A DNA stretch of 64,000 nucleotides, taken from positions 5,943 through 69,942 of the forward strand of contig JAJDXD010000096.1 of the NCBI GenBank assembly GCA_022823405.1. Direction: 5' to 3'. A program made the position numbers and the translations under genes. Source of the DNA: Gammaproteobacteria bacterium. Lineage in GTDB: Bacteria; Pseudomonadota; Gammaproteobacteria; Arenicellales; JAJDZL01. Below, piece after piece: positions 62,476 to 64,000 of this stretch (its first letter is position 1; each line of letters opens with the position of its first letter). The notes below the pieces were generated by a model, which was not told where the DNA came from, ran no database searches, and saw only the letters and a list, made by a program, of their open reading frames with translations.

Positions 62476-64000
62476 ATGTTTAAACGAATTCTTGCATTAC
62501 TGTTTTTATCGCTGTTGTCATTATCAAATGTTGCGCAGTCAAAAGATACATTGGTAATTGGCGTCACCCAGTTCCCTTCAACATTTCACCCCGGCATTGA
62601 TTCGATGTTGGCCAAGTACTACGTTTTGAATCTCACCATGCGGCCATTTACTGCCTATGATGCAAATTGGAATCTCATCTGCATGCTGTGCACAGAGTTG
62701 CCGACCATAGAAAACGGCGGTGCAGTGGAGACCGATCTTGGAGAAGGAAAAGTAGGTGTCGCAATCACCTACACAATTCAGCCTCAAGCGCGATGGGGTG
62801 ATGGGACCCCAATCACTACAAAAGACGTTGAATATACAATCGAAATTGGGAAGCATCCACAAAGCGGCATTGTTGGAGCTGAATTCTATCGACGGGTGCT
62901 GTCTGTCGACATCATCGATGACAAAACATTTACCCTGAATATGGACCGACTGGACTACAAATACAACGAACTTGATCTGTATTTGGTTCCAGAGCATATT
63001 GATCGCCCCGCATTTGCTGAGCCGGAAGAGTATCGCCATCGTAATACACACGACACAGATACCTACAATCCTGGACTGTACTTTGGGCCTTACCGAATTA
63101 TTAATGTAGAACCTGGTTCGCATGTTGAGTATGCGAGAAATGAAACATGGTGGGGACGTCAGCCATACTTTGACAAGATTGTGATACGAACAATTGAAAA
63201 TACTGCTGCTTTGGAGGCGAATCTTCTGTCAAATTCCATTGATCACATGTCTGGTACGCTTGGAATCACACTTGACCAGGCTCTGACGATGGAAAAGAGA
63301 CATGGTGCAACCTTTAATTTTCATTACCAACCTGGTCTGATTTACGAACATATCGATCTTAACCAGGATAACCCAATTCTTGCTGATGTGAGAGTGCGGC
63401 AGGCGTTGATTCACTCAATCGACCGGCATGCAATCAGCGAACAGTTGTTTGAAGGAAAGCAACCCGTCGCCGATTCATTCGTTAATCCGCTGGATTCGAT
63501 TTATGACACAACCATTCCAAAGTATTCCTATAACCCAGGTCTGGCTCGAGATCTATTGGAAGAATCCGGATGGAGCGAAGTTATCGATGGCATTCGCCAC
63601 AATGAGAGTGGAGAGCCCTTGACGCTGGAAATTGGGACGACTGCTGGGTCGCGGATCAGAGAGACTGTACAGCAGGTTTTGCAGGCTCAGTGGCGGGAAG
63701 TTGGCATTGATATCAAAATTCGAAATGAGCCGGCGCGCGTGTATTTTGGCGAAACTGTTGGGAAACGTCAATTTTCTGGTATGGCCATGTATGCGTGGAT
63801 CAGTGATCCTGAAAGTTCGCCGCGAGGTACTCTACATTCGACTGAAATACCGACCGCCGAGAACAACTGGCAGGGAAGCAACTATCCTGGATATCGAAGT
63901 GAACAGATGGATGCTTTGATTGATAAGGTTGAAGTTACTTTGGACAAAGCAGAGCGGCAGGAATTGTGGTCAAATATTCAACACCTATATGCGACAGACT
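62476..64000 (+). CDS. Peptide/nickel ABC substrate-binding protein, family 5 (partial, runs off the window)
   Basis: Absent from the ORF track because no stop lies in the window. GGGAG RBS; MFKRILALLFLSLL signal peptide; ARWGDGTPITTKDV, GPYR, DVRVRQAL..SIDR. Confidence 0.9.
   Translation, partial: MFKRILALLFLSLLSLSNVAQSKDTLVIGVTQFPSTFHPGIDSMLAKYYVLNLTMRPFTAYDANWNLICMLCTELPTIENGGAVETDLGEGKVGVAITYTIQPQARWGDGTPITTKDVEYTIEIGKHPQSGIVGAEFYRRVLSVDIIDDKTFTLNMDRLDYKYNELDLYLVPEHIDRPAFAEPEEYRHRNTHDTDTYNPGLYFGPYRIINVEPGSHVEYARNETWWGRQPYFDKIVIRTIENTAALEANLLSNSIDHMSGTLGITLDQALTMEKRHGATFNFHYQPGLIYEHIDLNQDNPILADVRVRQALIHSIDRHAISEQLFEGKQPVADSFVNPLDSIYDTTIPKYSYNPGLARDLLEESGWSEVIDGIRHNESGEPLTLEIGTTAGSRIRETVQQVLQAQWREVGIDIKIRNEPARVYFGETVGKRQFSGMAMYAWISDPESSPRGTLHSTEIPTAENNWQGSNYPGYRSEQMDALIDKVEVTLDKAERQELWSNIQHLYATD

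Overview
Gene-dense chromosomal window, most likely from a gammaproteobacterium (inferred from ubiE-ubiJ-ubiB, dapF-xerC, zapE, cysQ and an IscR-type regulator). From left to right: the 3' end of a CtpA/S41 protease and a quinone oxidoreductase. Next is an iscR-sufBCDSUT operon with a B12-binding 'CCAEP-tail' radical SAM gene directly behind it. A roughly 23 kb catabolic island follows (9.8-33.2 kb). It encodes a Liv-type ABC importer, ALDH7-type dehydrogenase, RraA/HMG aldolase, GntR regulator, cupin-YciI fusion, RidA, trihydroxytoluene-oxygenase-like ring-cleavage dioxygenase, FAH hydrolase, three-subunit molybdenum hydroxylase plus CoxG, GST, DoxX, DUF1330, TorT-like ABC importer, an AhpD-like protein lacking its CxxC, SnoaL and RutE-like proteins. 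Most of its promoter gaps share one 14-bp palindrome, ATTTYAYRTRAAAT. After an IS5 remnant come TauE, a PotABCD-like transporter, CopA, ubiBJE, hemB, adk, a PPi-type PFK facing a K+-dependent membrane pyrophosphatase, an acyl-CoA ligase plus 2-hydroxyacyl-CoA lyase pair, xerC, dapF, a decayed toxin-antitoxin locus, dienelactone hydrolase, cysQ and zapE. The window ends with an intact IS1111-type (IS110 family) element, whose 3' non-coding region carries visible matches to its own flanks and ends, and a truncated peptide ABC binding protein. No rRNA, tRNA or CRISPR array was seen. Family assignments come from motifs recognised by eye, not from database searches.
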